Shown: piece by piece, positions 52,673 through 64,000 of the stretch | Position numbering within the stretch: the first letter of the stretch is position 1 | How the letters are laid out: each line of letters begins with the position of its first letter | Source of the DNA: Octopus vulgaris | Taxonomy: Eukaryota | Assembly (NCBI GenBank): GCA_951406725.2 | Contig: OX597822.1 | Span: 70,680,001 to 70,744,000 of the forward strand | Direction of reading: 5' to 3' | DNA: 64,000 nt | Translations under genes and position numbers: made by a program | Notes under the pieces: generated by a model | The model's input: only the letters and a program-made list of their open reading frames with translations | Database searches by the model: none | Told to the model about the DNA's origin: nothing

Positions 52673-53053
52673 TGTAGGAGTGGCTTACCAACCACGTGGT
52701 TCCAGGTTCAGTCCCAGTGCATGGCATCTTGGGCAAGTGTCTTCTACTATAGCCTCAAGCTGACCAAAACCTTATGAGTAGATTTGGTTGAGGGAAACTG
52801 AAAGAAGCCCATCGTATATATTATATATGTACGTATACGCGTATGTGTTTGTGTGTCTGCGTTTGTCCCTCCCCCCCAGTATTGCTTGACAACTGATGTT
52901 GGTGTGTTTACGTCCCTGTAACTTAGTGGTTTGGCAAAAGAGAACGATAGAATAAGTACTAGGCTTCCAAAGAATAAGTCCTGGGGTCGATTTGCTCAAC
53001 TAAAGGCGGTACTCCAGCATGGTTGCAGTCAAATGACTGAAACAAATAAAAGA
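52673..53053 (+). mobile_element. SINE family A (a degenerate partial copy follows to about 53250)
   Basis: Consensus match. Confidence 0.85.
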
Positions 53054-53388
53054 ATGTGTGTGTGCAGGCAGGCACAGATGTATCTGCGTGGTTAAGGATT
53101 ATGCATTCCAACCACATCGTTTCAGGTTCAATCCCACTGCATGACACCTTAGGCAAGTGTCCTCTATTATAGTCCCAAGCTGATTAAAACTTTGTGAGTG
53201 GATCTGGTAGGCAGAAACTGAATGAAGCCAATTGTGTGTGTATGTATGTATAACCTGTTCGAAGGTTATAATGGACACGGGTTCGTATGTCACATAGCTA
53301 GCTAGAGGCGATGGCCTCTCAGAGCTAATCAATGGCAGCATTCATCTTATTTTTCTGGACTGCCATGTTAGCTTGGCAATAACTATTA

Positions 53389-53436
<48 letters not shown>

Positions 53437-53446
53437 TCATACATAA

Positions 53447-53487
<41 letters not shown>

Positions 53488-54387
53488 AAAACCTTGCCTT
53501 TTTAGTCCCTATCCAGTTGTCAATTTTTGTTAGCAATTTCATCTGTTACTCTGCGATAGCTACTACTAAAATCGCTTCTCTTCCTCGCTGTGATTGCTGT
53601 GTGTCTATTTCCTGGAAACTGTGAAGAAATCCACTCTCAGCACTTTAATCTTCCCTTTTGCTTAATGTTCTCCTCACTAACTTTATTTTATATTCTACCT
53701 CAATGACTTCACTATCCTTCACTATTACCAAACACCATCCAACAAGCAATAGAACTTTTGAGATTTACGCAGTCATCTTTATTTATTTTTATGTTACCAC
53801 TCCATTCGATTTGGAGCTGTGGATAATCTGATTAGAGTGTAACAATTGATATTGAAGCTTTGTCCTTAAAGTTTTGTTCATTGACTATTACTCCCATGCG
53901 TCGTAATATCCAGGTCTTGTGCGCTGATATTAGACCATAGAATATATCACAGGCAAAGTAGATGGAAATGTACACTTTGATGATAACTGGATAATGATAA
54001 CTCTTGAAGGTAAATGAATGTAATAAAGACAATAAAATTAAGCATATAGATTATGTGTCATTATGCCATGGCGGAAAGGATTTTATCTGAAAGGTTTAGG
54101 ATATCACTTCCCTATCGTTCTCTCCATCTCTTCATGAAAGCTTCTCAAAAGTTTTAGTGTTCCTTCTTTCTTCAGTAAGGAAACAGTGACAACGTGTGAA
54201 TTTATTCCACTCAGTAGAAACTTTCTTTACCTGTTACTATCCTCAGTTAATACCCATACTATGTGCATGTGTGACTGTATGGTAAAGATCTTTGCTTCCC
54301 CAACCATATGGTTTTGATTTCAGTCCCCCTATGCGGCACCTTGGGCTAGTGTCTTCTACTATAGCCCCATGTTGATCAACACCTTGT

Positions 54388-54831
54388 GAGCAGCTTAAAT
54401 TTGTGCCAGAAGAAAATCAACCATCTTTGATATCAAGATGAAAGGTATTCTTCCTTCAGGATAGTGCTCAGCCACATACAATGAGGATGACATTCCAAAG
54501 GCTGGAGCAGTTTGAATGGTCAACACTGCCTCACCCACCATATTTGCAGGACATTGTCCTATCTGATTATCATTTATTCTGCAATCTTCAAAATCATTTG
54601 GCTAGAAAAAATATGAATTCTGTAGACAAGGTCAGAACAGTACTGGAGGAGTACTTTTTGTCATGGACAAGTACAGTTTGGAAGAGGGGCCTTGCAAGTC
54701 TACCAGATAGAAGAGCATTGTAGAAAATGAAGGAGAGTATATTTTAGATTAAAAAAGAATGTTGTTTATCTTAAATTTGAAAAAATAAAAGAAATATAAA
54801 AAAACTGCATTATTTATGGGATGACCCAGTA
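54388..54831 (+). mobile_element. Mariner transposon 3' relic (transposase C-terminus plus 3' TIR)
   Basis: KVFFLQDSAQPHTMRMTFQRLEQFEWSTLPHPPYLQDIVLSDYHLFCNLQNHL...SLPDR..SIVENEGEYILD* (decayed HDNARPH and YSPDLAPSDYHLF motifs); TIR-like gcattatttatgggatgacccagta. Confidence 0.9.
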
Positions 54832-55262
54832 TTATCTTACTTGGAAACAAATGCGAGGGTTGGTGACAGGAAGGGCCATAGAAAATCCATGTCAAGAAAT
54901 TGCATCTAACCCATGCAAGCATGGAAAAGCGAATGTTAAAATGACTATGATGAAGATGAGTATGACTAATCAGAGTCCAATCCACTTCACATACTTTTTT
55001 TTCTACCCTACAAATTTTAATAATTGTTGGGTTCATTGCCTTATACTGTTGTCTGTATACATAGACCAAAATAATGATTATTTTTGGTGATATGTTTCTA
55101 TGACAAAAATGAGAATGAAAGATCCATTTTAGAATAAATCTGTTCTCTTTTGCAGATGACCTTTTTCACGCAAATAAATATTCTAAGTTTGTACAATAAG
55201 TTTGTGCTGTGAATGCATGTATAACTGCATGCTTGCAGATAAATGTATGTCTATGCTCACAC

Positions 55263-56670
55263 ACAGTGTCTGTCCAATAGAAAAAGAACTTGAATCTTGA
55301 AAGCTATTCACCAAACAAATGGCACAATATGCTCATGACTGCAGCACTAAGTGTAAACAACCTTGACTTTCAACATAATAATAAACACACCACATCAGTT
55401 AGCTGTTGATCTACTTAGTTATTTATTACAAGTTGGACAGTCAGAGATTTGTCAGAACAGTGTGTTTGTGTGAAGTTCAGCTTCAAATTGGGAAAGATTC
55501 TTCGAAACCTACACAATGTCACACATAGCATCAGTGTTTAAAAGACTCTTCTAAATCCATGGAGCTTTCTACAACGATTGATGCTGTTCATATTGTGAAA
55601 ATACATGCTGTGATCCATGAAATATTGCCCTGACTGTCTGTGGGGTTTCTAAAGAAAAGTTTTGCATATGTAAAAGTTCATGTTGCATCATCATCATCAT
55701 CATTGTTGTTTAACATCTGCTTTCCATGCTGGCATGGGTTGGATGGTTTGACTGAGGGCTGACAAGCCAGAAGACTGCACCGGGCTCCAATCTGAACCGG
55801 CAAAGTTTCTACAACTGGATGGCCTTTCTAACACCAACCACTCCGAGAGTATAGTGGGTGCTTTTTACATGTCATGGTTTAAAAAAGGAAAAAGAAAAGC
55901 AATTGAAGATGCATTGTGATGCCACAAAAATTTTCTGAAAAATGAACAAAGAACTAAGAGGAGTTGTTTGGATAAGGATTAAAATCTTTTTGAAAAGTGC
56001 CATGTTAAATGAAACAAGTGTTTGACAATGATGTCGAAAGGAAAAGGCAGTTGGTTTGGTGGATTGGATTATTGTCACCACAGCTAAAAATCAAAAGTCA
56101 GATAAACATGTCAGAGTTGCTCATACTGTTATATGGTGATGTTGATTGTCGTTTTTGACAAGAAGGGCATCTTTCACCATGATTTTGTTTCCTGTCATTA
56201 GATCAATGATCAGTTTTATTTGGATGGCTGAGTTATTTGAGAGAAGTTGTGCAAAGGAAGAAACTGCAAGTATTGTCGATAAATGAAACTGAGACATTGC
56301 ACCATGACAACTCACTGGTTCATGTTGTGTCACGTCTTATCCATGATTTTTTGGCAAAGCACAAAATGATTTTTGTTCCCTTACCCCCATCGTCCTGTTC
56401 CCTTGATTTGGCTACTGCAGCCTTTGTGTGTGTGTGTGCGTGTGCTAAGTCTACCTTGGAAGTTTGCTGGTTTCTGATGATAGAAGAGACTGAAGAATAT
56501 TTACTGTGGGAAATGTATGCTGTCCTTAAAATGTAGGCCTGAACTGGAAAACAATATAGGTAGTGATATATAGCAGTAAAGAGGATTATTTTGAGTAAGA
56601 TAACATAAGTAATTTATAAATGAAGTTATAAATTTGTGCTTTTTTTTTTGTTAAGAAAAAAGTCTGGTTT
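55263..56670 (+). mobile_element. Near full-length, heavily decayed mariner element, interrupted by a family C retroposon (about 55690-55875)
   Basis: EQCVCVKFSFKLGK N-terminus near 55455; VMLIVVFDKKGIFHHDFV; LHHDNSLVH...FLAKHKMIFVPLPPSSCSLDLA; DYFE terminus near 56585. Confidence 0.8.
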
Positions 56671-58493
56671 CATTAAAAAGTACTTTGTTTTTTAGCTGTT
56701 GTCTCTGAAGTGCCTTTGATGGACAGAAGTAGTTTGTGATTTCTTAATGTTATTGGCATTAATATATTTGCCCTGACATAGGCTAAACTCGATCTAGACT
56801 CAATTATCTGTCAACAACATGGCCACAGTTTGGTTTATTATTATGACAGTAAATACGGTTTAATAGGAAGTGTTGAAATGCCAAAATATACATTGAGCTT
56901 AATATTTTCTATTAGCAGAGTGTGTATATAATTAGTGTATATTTTGCCAATTTACTTACTTTACAAAATCCAGTCTAGCAGCAAATGGTTCTGGCCACAC
57001 GCTTCTAATAAGATTATGGTGTATTAAATTTGTTTAGATTACTAAATTTAGATGTTGTATAAAAGACTCACCTCTTATAAGTTCATACATGCATGAAATG
57101 GTTATTAATCTTGTTATCTTACCTTTCTTACTGACTGGCTTTATTATTCTAAAGAGTTATAATTTTTTTTTTGCTTTTTCCGCATAAAAAAAAATGTACA
57201 TCAAATGTTATTGCTGTTTTATCCATTAAAAATGAATTTTTTCTTTTTTATTAATCTCAAAGCCACTTCTTGAAACTGACAAGCCTTGCACAACATTATT
57301 TAAAAGTCTAATTTAGGGAGTTAAAACGAATGTTCAGTCTGGTGCCAAACAATTTCCTTGGGTCACTAACTTTTGACTATAATCTATTAATTGCATTCAT
57401 TGAAGTGTTTGTCGCAACCTGTGTATTAACTTGGTAATGTACACTGTTGCACAATTGCTGTCAATTAGATTTAAATGTAGACTCTAGGCAAAAGCCACCA
57501 TCATTTATATTCAGTAATCACCACGGTTGTATAATTACCATTATAACTATCCAACCGATTTGGTGGCATTAACTCTTTTTCTTCGAAATCAGTAGAACAT
57601 TCTGCCTAATCATTGTCATCATTTAGATCCACTCATAGAGTCTATTACATAATTATTGAAACATGAACCTAATGGGAATGAGTCGTTATTATTATCATTA
57701 TTATTATTATTATCATTATCATTAGTGCTATTAGCATCATCATTGTTGTTTAAAGCTTTGTGGTAAATTGTTATATAATCGCTAATAGCGTGGAGTTTGT
57801 GTCCGACATGGTCGTCTGAATGTTATCAGTGACAACCAGTTGCAGAATAATCATCTTTACCAGCAGCAGCAGTAGCAGCAGCAACTGAAGCTCTTGTAAC
57901 TAATACCAAACTTTGAGTTCCTAATCACCAATCATTGAGACACAACACTTATACTCGATACTATTGTACGGTTAACTTTGCAGACAGACTGGCAGCTGCA
58001 TTAATCGGGTGTTAGTCTTGATAAGACTTTCATCTTCTTTTCCTTACATCAAAGATGACCACCTTGTGCCATTGCTGTCATTAACATTCTCTTCTCCAAC
58101 ATTTCTGTTATGATAAAGAAATAACAATATTAAAACAGCAAACGGGTTGGGGGTAGAAAGGGGCAAGATGGAAGTAGTGAATAAATAATATGATTTATTG
58201 TTGTGCGATATCTTATTTATTCCATGTTTGGTAAAAGTAAATATAAAATAAATATAAAATATCCTGCTGGGTTTTTTTCTTTGATTTTATTATTATTGTT
58301 TTTATGTTTAATTTTTGCATTCTTTATCTTGTTTTATATTTTTCTTATCGGTAATATTTAAATTGACAATAACAAGTTGTGAACATTGTTAGCGATATCT
58401 CAAAATGTCTGTATTATTGCCTGTTAAAATTACTTATCACTCTTTTCATCTAGTCTTTCATTACTGAAGCAATATTTCAACATTGTCTTTCAG

Positions 58494-58645
58494 TATATAC
58501 ATTAATATCCCGCCGTCGATTCCAACAAATGGAGGTATTAGAAGGCCAGAACATTTTAGTCACAATCTCCGGAAAGAAAAACAAAATCCGTGTATATTAT
58601 CTTTCATGGTTGAAAAGTAAAATTTTCAAAACCGAAGCTATAAGC
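58494..58645 (+). CDS. msn: Misshapen/MAP4K4-family kinase, CNH-domain exon
   Basis: gtctttcag acceptor; reads (V)[50 protein letters not shown]|gtaagt; 152 nt, phase 1 to 0. Confidence 0.97.
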
Positions 58646-59215
58646 GTAAGTATTGTTCGGAATAGTGTTCTTTAAACAAAACCATCGTCTCAAATGAGAC
58701 TTATCAACAACAACGAGAAGAATGTAGTTTACATTTTCTCTATTGATCAATACATTTGATTTTATTGTTTATATAGAATAAGTTATCAATATAAGCTTGG
58801 CCATTTCTTGTTTTCCTATCTCCTCATAAAGACTCTCTTTGTATTCATAAAATATTTATATGATTTTACTTCTTTTTATTTATTTATTAATATTTATATA
58901 TTTGTTTCTTTCATTCACTCTCACTCTCTCCCTTTTCCTCTCTTCTTTTTCTTGCTTTTTTGTTCTAAAATTACATACATATATACATATACATACATAC
59001 ATACATATATATATATATATGTATATATAAATGTGTTTGTTTATTTTGCTAAACTTTTTTTAGAATAATAGTACAATAGTAACAAGAAGAATAACTGACA
59101 GAAATCACATCTTTTCAATATTATCAACAATTTTTGATTTTTTTATCCAATACATTTTTCTATATTTATATTCCCATTTTTAATATGTGTCTGTATGGCT
59201 TTCTCTCTATCTCTT

Positions 59216-59267
<52 letters not shown>

Positions 59268-59444
59268 AATAAATAAATATATTTATTTATTTATTGTTAT
59301 TATTATTATTAGTATTATTTAGATTTTTTATGTTCACATATTTATAGACCAGCAATCCTTAAATCTCCAGTTTCTATTTGTTCATGGTTATAGTTTCGCT
59401 GCTCCAAAGATATCGAGCCGTATTTATTATTATCATCATCATCA

Positions 59445-59488
<44 letters not shown>

Positions 59489-60546
59489 TTATTTCTTCCT
59501 TTTCTTTGGCTAATATTTAATTCCAGGGTCAGCACTTGCAGAATCGTAATAACTTGGGGGAGAAAAAAAAAATACACACAAGATGTTCTGCGAGTGATTC
59601 CTATAATAATCGATATTCCATCCATGCAATGCTTTATTTCTCATCTGCTTAATGCAGCTAGGTTCAGAACCTTAACACTAGCTTAATGAACTAGCAGAGA
59701 CATTTATCATTTATTTATATTTTCTCTGCCAGAATGGATTGGATGGTTTTACCCGTTTCTATATTTCCTATGGATTGCTAGAGCATGTTGGTGTGGTGTG
59801 GTGGTGATGGTGGTGGTGGTGGGGGGGGTCATTTTGATTTATGTGCTTATATCATATGCACCTTGCCTCTTATAAATAATAAGGTAAACATTCATACATT
59901 TCCAATTCTTTCATTTTTCCGCACCACCCCGTCCCTTTACTCTTTGTTTCTGTGAAATTTGATTTGGTCTCTAATTAAATACAGTAACATTGGTGCTATA
60001 ACTTTTACATGTGTGCACCTACACACACACACACACACACACCTACACACACACACACACACAAACACATACCCCTCTGTTCATGCTGTCATCTGGGAAC
60101 ATTTTTCAAGCGTTAACTAACTTCCCTAGCATGTATGCAATTCCTTCTGATCTGTATTATTATCCAAGTCCCAATTGACATTTACGTAATGCAAGTTAGG
60201 TGGATTATAAGTTAGCCAAGTTGATAAGGTGTTGGTCAGTATCAGCAGTTGATCCCCCACAACGCAGAGGCTGTACTGTATTCCTCTCTTACATCTATAC
60301 CTTTTGTTTGTTCGGCCTAATTCTCTGTGAATAAGCACTTTGGTGGGGCACAATTCATTGCTGCAATCAGTCGAAGGACTCTCTACAAATAGATGTATGC
60401 ATTGTTAGCTTGTATAAATGTTGTAATTCCCTCATGAGAGTCATAATGGATCAGCTATGTTTATTTTTCTCCCTCAAGAAGAAAGCAATCTGGACTTCTT
60501 TGTGTATGTGTGTGTGTGTGTGGGGGGGGGCATTGGCATTGCTATG

Positions 60547-60630
60547 TGGTCGATAAGTTTGCTTTGCAGTCATGGCTCTTTGGTGACAAGTTTGCTTTGC
60601 AGTCATGGCTCTTTGGTGACAAGTTTGCTT
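60547..60630. repeat. 33-bp tandem repeat, about 2.5 copies, derived from a SINE head
   Basis: Unit tggtgacaagtttgctttgcagtcatggctctt. Confidence 0.85.
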
Positions 60631-60657
60631 CCCGACCGCATGGTCTTGGGCTCACAC

Positions 60658-60689
<32 letters not shown>

Positions 60690-60911
60690 TCTTTTATTCT
60701 TTTACTTGTTTCAGTCATTTGACTGCGGCCATGCTGGAAAACCACCTTTAGTCGCGCAAATCGACCCCACGACTTTTTCTTTGTAAGCCTTATTCTATCG
60801 GCCTCTTTTTTGCTGAACCGCTAAGTTACAGGGACATAAACTCACCATCATCGGTTGTCAAGCAATGCTGAGGAGACGAACACAGGTGCACAAACATGCA
60901 CACACACATAC

Positions 60912-60987
<76 letters not shown>

Positions 60988-61152
60988 CTGGCTTCCTTCA
61001 GTTTCTGTCTACCAAATCCACAATCCACTGACAAGGCTTTGGTTAGCCTGAAGCTATATTAGAAAACGCTTGTCCAAGGTGCCATGCAGTGGGACTGAAC
61101 TTGGAACCATGTGGTTAGTAAACAAGCTACTTACCACACAGCCACTCTTGTG

Positions 61153-61155
<3 letters not shown>
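60690..61155 (-). mobile_element. SINE family A (a second degenerate minus copy at about 61200-61415)
   Basis: Reverse complement of the consensus. Confidence 0.85.
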
Positions 61156-61192
<37 letters not shown>

Positions 61193-61417
61193 CACTTATG
61201 TTTTTGCTTGTTTCAGTCATTTGACTGGCCATGCTGGAGAAACATAGACACACACACACACACATGTATACAACAGGGTTCTTTGAAATCCATTCCCGAG
61301 GTTTTGGTCAGTCCAAGGCTATAGTAAAAGACACTTGCCTAAGGTGTCATGCAGTGGAACTGAATTCAGAATCATGTGGAAAGCAAGCTTCTTACTACAC
61401 AGGCATGCATGCACCTG

Positions 61418-61452
<35 letters not shown>

Positions 61453-61456
<4 letters not shown>

Positions 61457-61744
61457 AAAGTTAGATGAAAGCAGAGTAAACGGGAAAGTAGACGAAAACT
61501 AAATGGATGGGAAATTAGACAACTACTTCTTGATACATGGAATATTTGCAGCTGAGATTTTTGCCTTCAGTCAAAGACAAAAAATATCATGGTAGTTTTG
61601 GCGTGAAACTGCTATGATATTTTGCATATTTAACTGAAGAGGAAAAGTCAGCTGTGAATATTCCATGTATCAAGTCGTCTTATTTCCTGTCTGTTTAGTT
61701 TTCGTCTACTTTGCCGTTTACTCCGCTTTCGTCCAACTTTACTC
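61453..61744. repeat. About 290-bp imperfect palindrome next to a (TA)n tract
   Basis: gagaaaagttagatgaaagcagagtaaacgggaaagtagacgaaaactaaa ... tttagttttcgtctactttgccgtttactccgctttcgtccaactttactc; centre near 61600. Confidence 0.9.
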
Positions 61745-63635
61745 CTTGCCGTATTCTTTCTCTTCAACCCTTTTATACATCCATGTAGTGTAATGAGCAT
61801 CATTTGTCTACTTATATATATGTATGCATATGTGGGTGTGTATGTATGTATATATATATATATATATGTCTATACACATGTAGATTAAGAGATAGTGAAG
61901 GTATGTGGCTTAGTGGCTAGGGCATTCGGCTTAAGATTGTAAGGTCGTGAGTGCCATGTAAAAAGCACTAAGTCCACTCTGCAGAGTGGTTGGCATTAGG
62001 AAGGGCATCCAGCTGTAAAATCCCTGCTAAAACAGACACAGTATCCTTGGGTCGATATTCTACCTGGCTGGCTCCTGTCAACTGCCCTACCCATGCATGC
62101 ACGGAAGAGGGATGTTAAACAATGACGATGATGATGATATATATATATATGTATACACACACACACACACACATGATGGGATTGTTTCAGTTTCCATCCA
62201 TTAAATCTACTCACAAGGCTTTAGTCAGCCCAAGGTGCCATGGACTGTGACTGAACCTGAAACCATGTGATTGGGAAGCCTGCATCTACAAATTTATTTA
62301 TATTCATTACTGTTTAGTTCAAGGTCTATTATTATTATTATTATTATTGTTGATGCTATCGGTTTTGTTATTGTTGCTGTTGGTAGTGGTGTTATTATAG
62401 CTAACAAGTTATTCATTATAATAATTACATTTGTTTGTCTTAAAGTTAATATTTAAATAAGGAACAAAAATCTATAAAAATCTTCAAAGATGCATCTGTT
62501 GTCCTCACCCCTGCTGCCCCATTTGTCTCCAGTGCTCATATAAAATTTTCCACTAGTCCCTGGGGGTGATACCGCCCTCTTTGATAAGCACTTGTTTAAA
62601 GTAGGGTTACTTGCCAACAAGATGTTACTTGACAACTTTATTTCAAAAACGAAAAAACAAAAAAAAAAAAAAACCAACTAAAAAACAGTGCAGAACAGCA
62701 ATGAAAACGAACTGTTTATTATTTCCATAATTTATAATTACAACCTGTTTATCTTAGATTTTATTCAATTACTTTTTTCCATCTCATATCAGTCCTTCTT
62801 TTTATGTCCACTTTTCTTCTTCTTCTTCTTCTTCTTTGCATTCACCGATGTCTTCCTAATCATTGTTGAATATTTTTTTTTCATCCCCCACATGCTATTT
62901 GCATATTTCATCTCGGACATATTCGATGGATGTTTTACATGTGCAGATAGTTCTGATAAGACATAAATAAACATGTCTACTAGTTGAGAGTGTGATAGTT
63001 TCTTGGGTGGGGGTAGGGTGGGGTGGGGGGTGGCTAACAAAACGGAAAAAAGAAACGAAAGAAACAAAGGAATTATTCCCAGTTGAGAATATCCCACAAA
63101 TGCCTTTACTTCCCGTCATCTCATTCAGTGGAAGAAGGCATGTCAGGATGTATTCCATTTGTATGTAGTCCTGCCAACAATAAGATGTGAAGGAAGAAGG
63201 CTTTTGTATGCTGCTCTACGTATGTGTATGTGTATGCTTACTGTATGTTTATATTTATCTTATCAATGTCAGGTTTTTTTGTTTTTTTTTGTGTACATAT
63301 GTGTTTTACTGCGCTCGTCCTAAATGTAAATTCTCAACATTTGTATGTGTGTACACATGTACACGCACACACACACAAACGTATGCACGCGTGTGTGTCT
63401 GTATGTGGATTGAAGTGTATGTTTCTGTATGTGTTGTATGTATGTATGTATGTATGTATGTATGTGTGTATGTCGATACAAGTTTATGTTTGGGTTAGAA
63501 TTCAGTCCAACTCAATTTATTTACATACTGTACAAATACAAGGGAATGTAGATTACATCTTCGGTTGCAGGAGTAACACTAGAAAATAGAAGACAAACAA
63601 CAATAGTTGATGGCACTAAACAATACAGAAATATA

Positions 63636-63665
63636 AAATAATAATGATAATAATAATAAAAATAA

Positions 63666-63697
<32 letters not shown>

Positions 63698-63770
63698 ATA
63701 ATAAAAATAATAATAATAATAATAATAATGATGATAATAAAAATAATAATAATAATAATAATAGCAATAA
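63636..63770. repeat. (TAA)n microsatellite
   Basis: Direct reading. Confidence 0.9.
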
Positions 63771-64000
63771 CATAGTCAAGGAGGGTTACCTAAGGCATGT
63801 TTCAACAATTGCTTGTTGAAATGACATGCAGTGATAACCGGATGATTACGTTATCATCATGATTACTTCCTCAAGAGTCGGTACATATCCTTATCGACAC
63901 GCAGATATAGCAATTTAAGGAGCCGTGTTTGCCGGTGTGACTGCACTGTAGGGAGAAGAGAGAGTTCGAAACTGGTTCATATGGCTTCCGAAATGGAAAT

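Noticed and set aside
59733-59810. Possible next CNH exon after ctctgccag (NGLDGFTRF...)
   Set aside because: Does not match the expected VGDL..xVHFKIVKxERIKFL continuation and runs into a stop.
60547-60630. 33-bp repeats as a CRISPR-like array
   Set aside because: Head-to-tail with no spacers, SINE-derived, eukaryotic context.

Overview
AT-rich, microsatellite-dense eukaryotic DNA. The SINE repertoire (OK/OR-type tRNA-headed SINEs) points to an octopus genome; this is inferred, not proven. The window lies inside one + strand gene, a misshapen/MIG-15/MAP4K4-TNIK-MINK1 family STE20 kinase. Four splice- and phase-consistent coding exons (about 30125-30249, 46865-47093, 51841-51906, 58494-58645) encode the end of the linker and the N-terminal part of the CNH domain; the rest of the gene lies outside the window. 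Nearly all entries in the ORF track are microsatellite or SINE artefacts. The introns hold many SINE copies, two mariner relics, Dong/R4, CR1-like and Penelope RT fragments, MITEs and a probable mini-Helitron. The most interesting signal is a set of long intronic palindromes with Penelope-like inverted architecture. One is a tRNA-headed SINE-like element carrying a minimal type I hammerhead ribozyme and sitting against a Penelope RT relic (33061-33687). Another carries a putative U3-A8 core-variant hammerhead about 250 nt downstream of a kinase exon (47342-47613). Repeat boundaries were read by eye and are approximate.
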